DNA from: Candidatus Latescibacterota bacterium
Lineage (GTDB): Bacteria; Latescibacterota; UBA2968; UBA8231
NCBI GenBank assembly: GCA_965248265.1
Contig: CBDFJF010000001.1
Span: forward strand, 224,001-288,000
Reading direction: 5' to 3'
Length of the DNA stretch: 64,000 bases
This document shows, one piece after another, positions 1-8,782 of this stretch. Below the pieces are notes generated by a model. That model did not search any database and was not told the origin of the DNA. It saw only the letters and a program-made list of their open reading frames with translations. Made by a program: the position numbers and the translations under genes. Numbering within the stretch: position 1 is the first letter of the stretch; each line of letters begins with the position of its first letter.

Positions 1-500
1 CTGATTTCCACCGCGTCGTGCTGACCGTGATACCCACCCTCGAACTTGGCGATCTTGCGGCGTCCGGTGATGCCACGAGCCAGACGGACCAAATGCAGAG
101 TGGCCTCAGTCCCAGAATTAGTGAAACGGACACTCTCCACGGACGACACTCGCCGGCAGATTTCAGCCGCCAACTCCGCCTCTGTTCCCACAGGAGCGCC
201 CAACACAATTCCCTTCGTCAGCTGCTCCTCGACAGCCGCCATCACACTAGGATTCCGATGCCCTATGATTTGCCCCGTGTGGTGGTTGACGAAGTCGACG
301 AACCGCCGGCCATCCACGTCCCACACGTGGCAACCCTCTCCTCTGTCCATCGAAAGCGGGTAGGGCTTGTGGTAGTAGGCTCCCTTTGCCGCACCCGGCA
401 TTACCTCGGCCGCCTGCTCGAACATCTGGCATGATCGGGGACTCGAAGCGATATAGCTTTTTTCCAACTCTGATGAGAGCCGGGCGATGTCCTTGGTCAT
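1..500 (-). CDS. Class III PLP aminotransferase (glutamate-1-semialdehyde aminomutase-like), 3' end outside window
   Basis: Manual translation from ATG at 500: MTKDIARLSS...EGCHVWDVDGRRFVDF...VRFTNSGTEATLHLVRLARGITGRRKIAKFEGGYHG, which carries typical class III motifs. Confidence 0.85.
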   Translation of the reverse strand, partial: MTKDIARLSSELEKSYIASSPRSCQMFEQAAEVMPGAAKGAYYHKPYPLSMDRGEGCHVWDVDGRRFVDFVNHHTGQIIGHRNPSVMAAVEEQLTKGIVLGAPVGTEAELAAEICRRVSSVESVRFTNSGTEATLHLVRLARGITGRRKIAKFEGGYHGQHDAVEI

Positions 501-515
501 TTACCTCTTCTCCGG

Positions 516-1535
516 TTAGCTCTGGGTGTCGATCAACACCTTCATGATGTCCCCGCCCGACTCCATCTCCTCGAACACTCCTTGCAGGGCATCCAACCCT
601 CGATGCTCCGTGATCAGCGTGTCCACAGGCAGCGCGCCCTGTTGTGCCAGCTTTATTGCACGTTCGAAATCTTCGTGTTCGTACACCCGCACGCCGTACA
701 ACTGCAGCTCCCGCAAGAAGAACTGCAATAAATCGATCGTTGGCGCTTCGGCGAATATAGCCACGATTACGGCCCGGCCTCGCGTGCGCAGCAGTTTCGT
801 CATAACGCTGGCACCCGCCTGGGTACCCGAAACCTCGAAGACGACGTCGGCACCGCCACCGCCCGTGCGCTCTTCAACCGCCGTTACCAGATCCTGCTCT
901 TTGGGATTCACCACCTCGAACCCGAGATCACGGGCGAACTGCACACGAAATGGATTGACCTCCGAAACCAACACGTTGGCGCCGGCGTTGCGTGCCACCA
1001 ATGACACGATCGTGCCGATCGGGCCCGCGCCGATGACGACGGCTTCTTCACCAGGCTGCAGCCCGGCCAGACGAATGTCATGACAGGCCACCGCCAGCGG
1101 TTCAATCAAGGCCGCCTGTTCGAAGGACAGTTCAGCCGGTAACAGATGGAGGGTATGAGCGGGCACCGTCCACGACGATTGGAATGCTCCTGGCGAGTCG
1201 ATGCCGATGAAGTTGAGCTTCTGGCAGATGTGCCCGTGCCCCCGCATACAGGCAGGACAGGTGCCGCAAGAATCGATCGGCCGCACCACCACCCGTTGTC
1301 CTCTCTCCCAGTCATCGGACCCGGGTCCGATATCGACGATAGTCCCCGACATTTCATGACCCATGACGTGGGGTCGCGGCACGCGCGCATCCATGTGCCC
1401 CTGGAAAACGTGGAGATCCGTACCACAGACGCCGCAGAAGGCTACCTCGATCTGGACTTCACCGGCGGCCGGCGGGCGAGGGACGCAATCTCCCACCCGT
1501 AACGAACGTTGACCCTCGTAGTATGCTGCTTTCAT
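516..1535 (-). CDS. Zn-dependent alcohol/sugar-acid dehydrogenase (MDR family)
   Basis: GVCGTD, GHE, CGTCPAC..C structural Zn and GAGPIG motifs; likely start MKAAYYEG. Confidence 0.9.
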   Translation of the reverse strand: MKAAYYEGQRSLRVGDCVPRPPAAGEVQIEVAFCGVCGTDLHVFQGHMDARVPRPHVMGHEMSGTIVDIGPGSDDWERGQRVVVRPIDSCGTCPACMRGHGHICQKLNFIGIDSPGAFQSSWTVPAHTLHLLPAELSFEQAALIEPLAVACHDIRLAGLQPGEEAVVIGAGPIGTIVSLVARNAGANVLVSEVNPFRVQFARDLGFEVVNPKEQDLVTAVEERTGGGGADVVFEVSGTQAGASVMTKLLRTRGRAVIVAIFAEAPTIDLLQFFLRELQLYGVRVYEHEDFERAIKLAQQGALPVDTLITEHRGLDALQGVFEEMESGGDIMKVLIDTQS

Positions 1536-1567
1536 GGATGAGGTGATTTCAGTTTCTGTGTTGGCAA

Positions 1568-1781
1568 CAAAAAGGGGGCCGACGCTTCTCACAGCAGCCA
1601 AAGCCCTGAAAGAGTCGAGACCCCCATTTTGGAGTTGCAACCGAACAGGGGGAGAAAAAGAGTTCCTGCTCGGCACGGCTTACGGTACGAGGCGAATCCT
1701 ACCGCAAACCCGATCTCGCCACAGGGAGTTCCCGTCGTTGCCGTCGGGAAATGACGCGATCCGCGGAACGCGATCCGCGTC
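1568..1781 (-). ncRNA. Putative structured small RNA or leader (about 210 nt)
   Basis: TTGACA-N17-TACGGT promoter (1814-1786), five consecutive hairpins with minus-strand G-U pairs, terminal GC hairpin plus U5. Confidence 0.55.
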
Positions 1782-1785
1782 CAGA

Positions 1786-1814
1786 ACCGTACACCCGCGG
1801 GGTCGGGCTGTCAA
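1786..1814 (-). promoter_or_regulatory. Sigma70-type promoter
   Basis: TTGACA (1814-1809), 17-nt spacer, TACGGT (1791-1786). Confidence 0.55.
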
Positions 1815-1833
1815 GACTTAGATCGGGGTATAT

Positions 1834-1918
1834 AAAATAAGGGCCGATAGGATCGCCTCTGTCCTACCAGCCCTCAAACAACGCTCGCGCACCGGATCGA
1901 GCGTGACTGAAAAGTGAT
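1834..1918 (-). ncRNA. Putative small RNA (about 85 nt)
   Basis: TTGACA-N17-TAGTAT promoter upstream; ACGCTCG/CGAGCGT hairpin, then 13-bp terminator stem (1874-1840) and U-rich tail. Confidence 0.55.
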
Positions 1919-1924
1919 GTGTCA

Positions 1925-1972
1925 ATACTACTTGGTTGGTGAAATCCTGTCAAGCAAAAATCTAGGCCTAGA
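1925..1972 (-). promoter_or_regulatory. Sigma70-type promoter with upstream palindrome
   Basis: TTGACA (1953-1948), N17, TAGTAT (1930-1925); perfect palindrome TCTAGGCCTAGA at 1961-1972. Confidence 0.6.
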
Positions 1973-2123
1973 CCTTGTTTTTTATGCTAGTTGTACTCAC
2001 ATGGGCATCTCGCGTATGCGGCTCTGTACAGGATTCTCCGGGTCGCCGGGAACCGCATCCAGCCGTAGATTATTCCGCCCGATAATTGACCCGTTCTCTT
2101 ATTTTTCAGGAAGTGACACGGAA

Positions 2124-3122
2124 ATGGCCAATCAGAGCAGCGAGCGCTATCTGGTGACCGGCGCCATGGGATGCGTTGGAGCCTGGGCGATCAAACGCCT
2201 GCTTGATGAAGAATTGCATGTCTCGTCCTACGATCTGTCCGCAGACCGCTACAGACTCGAGACCATCATGGATGATGACGCCATTGCCTCCATCAACTTC
2301 ATTTCCGGCGACATCACCGATCTCGATGCGTTTTCGAGAGCGGTTAACGACAACGATATCACCCATATCCTCCATCTGGCGGCCATGCAGGTTCCGTTGG
2401 TGCGTGCCGATCCGGTACTCGGGGCACGCGTGAACCTGGTTGGCACCACCGTCGTGTTCGAAACGGCCAGGCAACTCCAGGAACTGGTGCAAAACGTCGT
2501 GTTCGCCAGTTCGTTCGGCGTCTACGGCGAGCCGGAGGCCTATCCACCTGGACCACTGGCACACGATGCCAAGCTGTTGCCGCCCACCCTCTACGGCGTG
2601 TTCAAGCAATGCAACGAAGGCACCGCGAGTGTGTACTGGCGCGAGAACGCCCTCCACAGCACTGGGATACGGCCATGCGTCGTCTATGGTCCAGGCCGCG
2701 ATCAAGGCTGGACTTCGACACCTACCAAAGCAATGCTGGCAGCTGCCCTCGGCCGGCCATACCACATCACCTACGGTGGCACCCTCGTCTATCACCATGC
2801 CGATGATGTTGCCGCCGCCTTGATCACGGCGTCCAGAACCAGGCTCGAAGGCGCCCCCGTGTTCAACATCGGCGGCAGCACCGTGTCCATGGAAGAGATC
2901 GTCGCCGCCATCGACGAGGTCGTGCCGGGATCCGCCGCCTCCATCAGCTTCGACCCGACACCGCTACCGCATCCTTCCAGCGCCGATGACAGCGCCCTCA
3001 ACCAGGCCCTCGGCCCGCTCGCCTACCGACCGTTGGTCCAGGGCGTTCGCGACACCATCGCCACCTTTCGCAAGGCCATCGACAGAGGCCGCCTCGATAT
3101 CGAGCGTGCCCTCAGGGCCTAG
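2124..3122 (+). CDS. NAD-dependent epimerase/dehydratase (extended SDR)
   Basis: VTGAMGCVG, HLAA and YGVFK (YxxxK) motifs. Confidence 0.9.
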   Translation: MANQSSERYLVTGAMGCVGAWAIKRLLDEELHVSSYDLSADRYRLETIMDDDAIASINFISGDITDLDAFSRAVNDNDITHILHLAAMQVPLVRADPVLGARVNLVGTTVVFETARQLQELVQNVVFASSFGVYGEPEAYPPGPLAHDAKLLPPTLYGVFKQCNEGTASVYWRENALHSTGIRPCVVYGPGRDQGWTSTPTKAMLAAALGRPYHITYGGTLVYHHADDVAAALITASRTRLEGAPVFNIGGSTVSMEEIVAAIDEVVPGSAASISFDPTPLPHPSSADDSALNQALGPLAYRPLVQGVRDTIATFRKAIDRGRLDIERALRA

Positions 3123-5559
3123 CGATCGAGTCTCCACCATGGCGGGCGTCGCCAGCGGCCATCTGTGAAACGGATTCGAGCAGTTGCTGCCGCGTTCGAG
3201 TAAACCGCTCTGGATCGCGAGTGAAACCGGTGACCCCTTGACCCACCACTTCGTCACAGAGCCGATCCGCGCGCCCGGCATCATGGCCGGCCAACATTCG
3301 CAGTAACTCCAGATCTTCGATCCCATCCCTGATGTTTTCCAGCCGTATGCTCGTCAGGGGTCCGTCAGGACCGGGGTACAACAGGCAACCGTCGCCGTTG
3401 GCCGTGCCGAAGGAGGCTGGGTTCCACCCCCCCACCTTGTTGCCCCGTTCCGGCGACTGCAGCGGCCGTTCATTTCCGGGCCAGCGATTCAGCGTGTAGT
3501 AGAGGAAGCCGTCCACCCGCTGGCGATGCGACATCCACCACAACAGCCGCGCCTCCAGCGCCGGGTACTCGATGAACCAGTTCGCGTGCGGATGGGTCGG
3601 CGCGATGCAGATGTACCACCACACCTGTGCGCCCGCGGCGCGGGCAGCGGTGGCGGCAGCGGGATCGTGGTGGGCAGTCAAGGGGACCCATACATCGACG
3701 ACCTCGTCCAGGCCTGTATCCATACCGAGGCTGGGATCAGCCGCCGTCGTCGCCGTCTTCAACCCGGGATAGCGCTGCTTGAAAAAAGCGAAGACCTCCT
3801 TCAGTTCGGAGAACTCGTCAACGCGCGCTTCATCAAAACCGTACAGAAGCGCCTGCGGCAACAATCCGAGGCGATCGTACTCGTTGACGTAGGGGGCGAG
3901 GGTTTCGGCGATCTTGTCTAATTCTTCGGCGTCATACTCCCTATCTCCCTCCACGTGCAGTGCCACGAAACGGTTGAGTTGGCCACGCTCGCGCGATGCC
4001 AACAAAACCTCCGGGGCAGGGGGCGTACCGGCGTAGATATTCGTCGCATTGAGACGGTGCGCTCCAATAAACTGCCGATAGAGGGGCAGTAGCTTTTCAG
4101 CATGGCTGTCACCATACACTTGCGACAGCGAGCTCTCGTAGAAGGAGAACGCCGTCTGTACGGTCGTGACAGCGGGTACGGCGACCGGGTACACATGCAC
4201 CTCAAGCGGTATGGCGAGTACGTCCGATCGTCCGTCGACGTGCACCTGGATCTCGCCTCGGTAAAAACCGGGTCGCTGAGTTATCGCTGACTCCAGCGCG
4301 ATCCACACTGGCGCATTCTCGCCCGGCTCGACGATAAGGCGAGCGCCAGGCACCAGCGGATCAGGCCACCATCCGCTGTAGTCGACGTTGTATTCCTCCG
4401 GTTCGTGCGCATCCACGTACAGCACCCGGCTCACGGATATCGCTCCCTCCGCAAACACGGCGCCCCCGTCGACGTGCTCGATGGCTCCGACGGTGACGTC
4501 GATGCCGGCGAGTGTGTCCTTCGTGCGGAACACCACTTGAAAGGCCTCCGTCTCGCCCTGACCCATGGCCAGCTGCAGCGCAGTCTCCCCGGATTCTGTT
4601 TTGCCCGGTTTGAATACAGCCCGGTCCGCTGCCGGGAGGTCGTGCAGGAGCACCTTGCGTGTAGAGGGCTCCGCCCACCCCACTATCGAAGAGAATCCCT
4701 CACCGGGTCCGTCAGCACTGTCCACGAATAGTGACCCGAGGGAGCGCACGGTGGTGGAGCCGTGATGCCCGAGCAGGCGCAGGGTAACGGTGTGGCGTCC
4801 AGGAACAGACGTTGACAGTACTTCGCGCAGATGCAGCCTGGTACCGTTGCCGGTGTATGTGGCAACTACGTGCCCGGCTGTATCAGTGACGGCAACACGC
4901 CACGATGCCCGCTTGTTGAAACGGGCTCTGACCACCAGGCTGCCGTGCTGGAAGGGATCGGTAGTGAGTGCGGCTTCTTCAAGGGCGACCGACGCCGCCT
5001 CCAACCGCAAGTCATCGAGATCGATTTCGTAATCCGCCGACGGTTGGCTCATGTAGAAATCGACTCGTCGCACGTGTTCGGTGTCGATGTCGTCCGCCAA
5101 GCCCGCCAGTGAAATCTCGCAGGTACCCCACTTATTTGATTCGATCGGAATGATGCGGATGGCCCGGCGGCCGTCACCATCGTCGATGCGCAATTTCAGG
5201 TGGACGACCCTCGGGTGGCGGGCTCGGGCCTCGAAGCGCAGGACCGAATAGAGGCTCCAATCGCTGGTGCGGAACTGCCCGTCACCATGCTCCAGGATCA
5301 CTGCCGGCCACTTGCCTCGCCATGGCGACCACCGCGGGTACACCAGACGGGCAGCCCGTGCCGAGCCAGCAGGATCCGGAGACTGGCGGTCGAACACATT
5401 GAACTCGGCCTGACGCGCTGACCAGTCATCGTCAGCGTCGTGCCTTTCGAAGTCCTCGAGAACTACGGATGCCACTCGCTGATCGCTGCTGCCGGCGCTC
5501 GCCGTCCCAAAACCGAGCAGGAAGACAGCGCCAGTGGCGAGCGCGTTCGGCAGGTTCAC
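3112..5559 (-). CDS. Secreted DUF4091/GH123-like glycoside hydrolase domain protein
   Basis: Signal peptide; N-terminal CBM-like region; FDE, VWWY, GFLYY, GDGCLLYPG..SIRLENIRDGIEDLE C-terminal motifs. Confidence 0.75.
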   Translation of the reverse strand: MNLPNALATGAVFLLGFGTASAGSSDQRVASVVLEDFERHDADDDWSARQAEFNVFDRQSPDPAGSARAARLVYPRWSPWRGKWPAVILEHGDGQFRTSDWSLYSVLRFEARARHPRVVHLKLRIDDGDGRRAIRIIPIESNKWGTCEISLAGLADDIDTEHVRRVDFYMSQPSADYEIDLDDLRLEAASVALEEAALTTDPFQHGSLVVRARFNKRASWRVAVTDTAGHVVATYTGNGTRLHLREVLSTSVPGRHTVTLRLLGHHGSTTVRSLGSLFVDSADGPGEGFSSIVGWAEPSTRKVLLHDLPAADRAVFKPGKTESGETALQLAMGQGETEAFQVVFRTKDTLAGIDVTVGAIEHVDGGAVFAEGAISVSRVLYVDAHEPEEYNVDYSGWWPDPLVPGARLIVEPGENAPVWIALESAITQRPGFYRGEIQVHVDGRSDVLAIPLEVHVYPVAVPAVTTVQTAFSFYESSLSQVYGDSHAEKLLPLYRQFIGAHRLNATNIYAGTPPAPEVLLASRERGQLNRFVALHVEGDREYDAEELDKIAETLAPYVNEYDRLGLLPQALLYGFDEARVDEFSELKEVFAFFKQRYPGLKTATTAADPSLGMDTGLDEVVDVWVPLTAHHDPAAATAARAAGAQVWWYICIAPTHPHANWFIEYPALEARLLWWMSHRQRVDGFLYYTLNRWPGNERPLQSPERGNKVGGWNPASFGTANGDGCLLYPGPDGPLTSIRLENIRDGIEDLELLRMLAGHDAGRADRLCDEVVGQGVTGFTRDPERFTRTRQQLLESVSQMAAGDARHGGDSIARP

Positions 5560-6560
5560 CGAATCGCGATAGGTCTACCCGGTGAACCCGTCGCCCCTCG
5601 GAAACGAATCGGCGTGAAGACGAAGAGGAACTCGTAGACCTCGTCCGCAACCAGGTCGTCGAAGCGCATGTTTTCGAGGTTCCAGATGCCGTTCTTCGGG
5701 ATGAGCTCGACATGAACGGGAATCTCCGTCAGTTCGCTCAGAACCTCCGTCCCCCATTGGTCGGAACCGATCATGGAGGCGTTGCGCTCGACGATCCATT
5801 TCGCCACCCCGAAGCCGATTCCGGGCGGGTTGGTGTTGTATTTCTCAGCGTCGGTCCAGTACTTCGACCAGCCATAGCGAAAGAACAGCGCGTCACCGTC
5901 TTCGATGTCGTCCTCTCTCATACCCTGTCTCTTCAGCGCCGCACGCACATCGGCGACCGTCACCTCATAGCCATGATCGAGGGCCTCGACTCCCTTCTGA
6001 CCGGCGATGTCGATGAGGATGCCACGGGTCAGATAGGGTTTGATGTGCTCCATGCCGAGCTTTTGCAAACCATAAGTCCCGGCACCTTTGGCGTGCATAT
6101 CAGTCCGCGTATACCCGTTGTAGAACACGTCTTCGACCTGTCCATCGGCCATGGTGACCTGCACCCCGATATGACCGGGACCGTCGAACTGGGTGCCGAT
6201 CTGACCGATTTCACCGCACAGAAACTCATCGTGGTAGACCCAGTTGTCCGCACCGAACGGCCCACCGGAAGGTGACCCCGGAATCGTCAGCGCGTAGGTC
6301 CGGTTGCCAAACAACGGCATGTTGTGATCGTAGATTTGTCCCAGCTCATAGACGTTGCCCTTTTCCACCAGCTTCAGCGAGGCGACGATCTTTTCCGGGG
6401 TTATCCAATTCGAGGCTCCCGCTTGATCGCCAGCTCCCCAAAGGGCGTGCGGCCACCACGGACCCTTTTCCGCCGTTTGCGCCGGCGTCAGGGATGGGCA
6501 AGCCAGCAACATGACGACGAACATCGAAACGATTCTGAGTATGGCAGAGGATCGAGTCAT
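5556..6560 (-). CDS. Cyclase family protein (kynurenine formamidase-like), secreted
   Basis: GTQFDGPGH, TRGILIDI, GIWNLENM and GATGSPGRPIAI motifs; signal peptide. Confidence 0.85.
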   Translation of the reverse strand: MTRSSAILRIVSMFVVMLLACPSLTPAQTAEKGPWWPHALWGAGDQAGASNWITPEKIVASLKLVEKGNVYELGQIYDHNMPLFGNRTYALTIPGSPSGGPFGADNWVYHDEFLCGEIGQIGTQFDGPGHIGVQVTMADGQVEDVFYNGYTRTDMHAKGAGTYGLQKLGMEHIKPYLTRGILIDIAGQKGVEALDHGYEVTVADVRAALKRQGMREDDIEDGDALFFRYGWSKYWTDAEKYNTNPPGIGFGVAKWIVERNASMIGSDQWGTEVLSELTEIPVHVELIPKNGIWNLENMRFDDLVADEVYEFLFVFTPIRFRGATGSPGRPIAIR

Positions 6561-6605
6561 CTTTCCGTAACCTCCTGCAATTTGGGGATCGGACTTCAGT
6601 TGCGC

Positions 6606-7283
6606 CTAGGCTACGAATTGGGCTGCCCACTGGCAACTTACATCAGCCACTTCCTCGAACACCTCCTGCTGTGTGCGCCCCGACCTTTTCAGAACCTTGT
6701 ACCCATGGTCCGCACCTTCCAGCCAGTGCATGCGAAAGCGATCGGACAAACCGGCCAGGACCTGCTCCATCAGATCTCTCTGGCAGAGACTGTCTCGCGT
6801 ACCGTTGAAGCACAGAACCGGAACCTTGATATCCGGTAGATGAGCGTCGCGGAGCCGTTCTGGTCTGCCTGCCGGATGCAGGGGGTAGGCGAGCAGGATC
6901 AATCCATCACAGGCGTCCCCCTCCGCCGCCAGCATCGACGCGGTACGGCCACCCATCGACTGGCCACCGATGAGGAGGATCTTCGGGTTCAGCTGCGAGC
7001 GCACGTACTCGATGACACAACGGTAACTGGCCATCAGTTTCGGCATACGGTCCGGCGCCCGACCTCCCCGATGCGTGTAGGAGAAATTGAAGCGGACGAC
7101 GTCGAACCCGGACCTGGTAAACGCCCGTGCGAAGGCCACCATGGTCTTGTGCTCCATGTTGCCACCGGCTCCGTGGGCCATGATATAGACGATATCGCCG
7201 GGGGAGTCGGCTAAAACGTCATGGATTGCCGTGGTCTCCCCATCATCGCCGCCACCGATGGTCCAGATCTGCGTTTCACTCAT
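6606..7283 (-). CDS. Alpha/beta hydrolase (dienelactone hydrolase/KANL3-like)
   Basis: HGAGG, GGQSMGG nucleophile elbow, YPLHP, GTRD, ADH. Confidence 0.85.
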   Translation of the reverse strand: MSETQIWTIGGGDDGETTAIHDVLADSPGDIVYIMAHGAGGNMEHKTMVAFARAFTRSGFDVVRFNFSYTHRGGRAPDRMPKLMASYRCVIEYVRSQLNPKILLIGGQSMGGRTASMLAAEGDACDGLILLAYPLHPAGRPERLRDAHLPDIKVPVLCFNGTRDSLCQRDLMEQVLAGLSDRFRMHWLEGADHGYKVLKRSGRTQQEVFEEVADVSCQWAAQFVA

Positions 7284-7329
7284 ACCCGACTCCATCACAA
7301 TGGTTGTTTTTGACTATTCTCCTCGAATC

Positions 7330-8670
7330 ATGACACTGGCGCAACTCAACGATCTGCTGTCCAACAGGTGCCATACCGGGCACGTCTGGCTCGGGGAACG
7401 CGTCCTGCCGGAGCTGGCGAGGTTCACCGCCACCTTGCCGGAGGCTTCCGCCCGCCGATGCCTTGTGGTCGCTGACACCATCACCTGGGATGTAGCCGGC
7501 GCCGCGATCTACGAGCATCTGCGCGAAGCCGGGTACGGTCTGAGCCGTCATCTGATCGATACCTCACCGGATCGCGGCACCGTCAAGCCCATTTGTGACG
7601 ACGAGCAGGTGAATCGGACCTCACAGCAGATTCACACAGTCGATGCCAGTCTGGTAATCGCCGTTGGTGCCGGCACCGTCAACGATGTCGCCAAACTCGC
7701 CGCCTTTCAGTCCGATCGCCCCTATCTGGTCATACCCACGGCCACGTCCATGAACGGCTACACCTCCTCCACCGCCGCCGTCATGTCTTCAGGCATCAAG
7801 GAGAGCGTCCCCTGCCGCGGACCGATCGCCTGCCTGGCGGATACCGACATCCTGCGGCAGGCCCCGGCACGCATGATCGCCGCCGGCCTCGGCGACCTGG
7901 TGTCTCGCAGTGTCAGCGTGGCTGACTGGTACCTCAGCCACCGATTGCTGGGGACGGAGTACTCGCCCACGGCTATTGCCCTTATCGAGGAAAGCGGCCG
8001 TCTTTGTGACGACCAGGAACAGGCGCTGCCCGGGCGCGACCGCATTGCCGTGGCCAGCCTCATGAGTGCCCTGTTGATCTCCGGGGAGGCCATGACACAG
8101 GCCGGCTCTTCGGCTCCTGCCAGCGGCGCCGAGCACCTCATCAGCCACTACCTGGACATGACCCGCGGCCTGACCGATGCCGGTGATCTCCACGGCTGCC
8201 AGGTTGGCGTCGCTACCATCACTATGGCTGCTTTCTACGAGCAACTGCTTGCCTTGAGGCTGGACCGGGATCTCGACATGGCAGGTCTGACTGCGTCACA
8301 TCGTTCCTGGGCTGAAGTGCAGAGGGACCTGCAAGAACATTTCGGAGGTCTGGCCACGGCGATGCTGCCGCATGCCAGGCGGAGATGCCTGTCCCGGTTG
8401 CAATTGAGTGAGCGGCTGACCCATCTGCAGTCAGAGTGGCTTTCAATCAAGGTTGGATTGACTGCCCTGCTGCGACCTTCCGCCAGTGTGAACGAACAAC
8501 TCCGGGCAGCGGGAGCTCCGGTTTCCTTCAGCGCCCTGGGAGTCGAGCCGGCCCGCGCCCGCGCTGCCGTGCGGTTTGGTCGCCACATTCGAGCGCGCTA
8601 CACCATACTCGATCTGCTGTCAGAAATCGGCTTGTTGGACGGGTGGGTCGATGCGTTGCGCTTGCAATGA
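7330..8670 (+). CDS. sn-glycerol-1-phosphate dehydrogenase (AraM/EgsA-like)
   Basis: AVGAGTVNDVAK, PTATSMNGYTS, AGLGD, PASGAEHLISH and LHGCQVG motifs. Confidence 0.8.
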   Translation: MTLAQLNDLLSNRCHTGHVWLGERVLPELARFTATLPEASARRCLVVADTITWDVAGAAIYEHLREAGYGLSRHLIDTSPDRGTVKPICDDEQVNRTSQQIHTVDASLVIAVGAGTVNDVAKLAAFQSDRPYLVIPTATSMNGYTSSTAAVMSSGIKESVPCRGPIACLADTDILRQAPARMIAAGLGDLVSRSVSVADWYLSHRLLGTEYSPTAIALIEESGRLCDDQEQALPGRDRIAVASLMSALLISGEAMTQAGSSAPASGAEHLISHYLDMTRGLTDAGDLHGCQVGVATITMAAFYEQLLALRLDRDLDMAGLTASHRSWAEVQRDLQEHFGGLATAMLPHARRRCLSRLQLSERLTHLQSEWLSIKVGLTALLRPSASVNEQLRAAGAPVSFSALGVEPARARAAVRFGRHIRARYTILDLLSEIGLLDGWVDALRLQ

Positions 8671-8686
8671 GTCGATTGGCGTACTA

Positions 8687-8742
8687 TTGCTCATAAACCA
8701 TTATAAACCATATAATTAGATGTAACAGTAATCACATGTAAC
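8687..8742 (+). promoter_or_regulatory. Putative promoter with direct repeats
   Basis: TTGCTC-N18-TATAAT; ATAAACCAT twice at a 10-bp period in the spacer; ATGTAAC twice downstream; AT-rich patch. Confidence 0.45.
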
Positions 8743-8782
8743 GATTGACTATATGTCCCCCGACGTTTTTTGATGCCAACCC

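Noticed and set aside
1568-1781. Identification as 6S RNA, tmRNA, SRP or RNase P
   Set aside because: A string of local hairpins without the long rod, tRNA-like ends or conserved signature motifs of those RNAs
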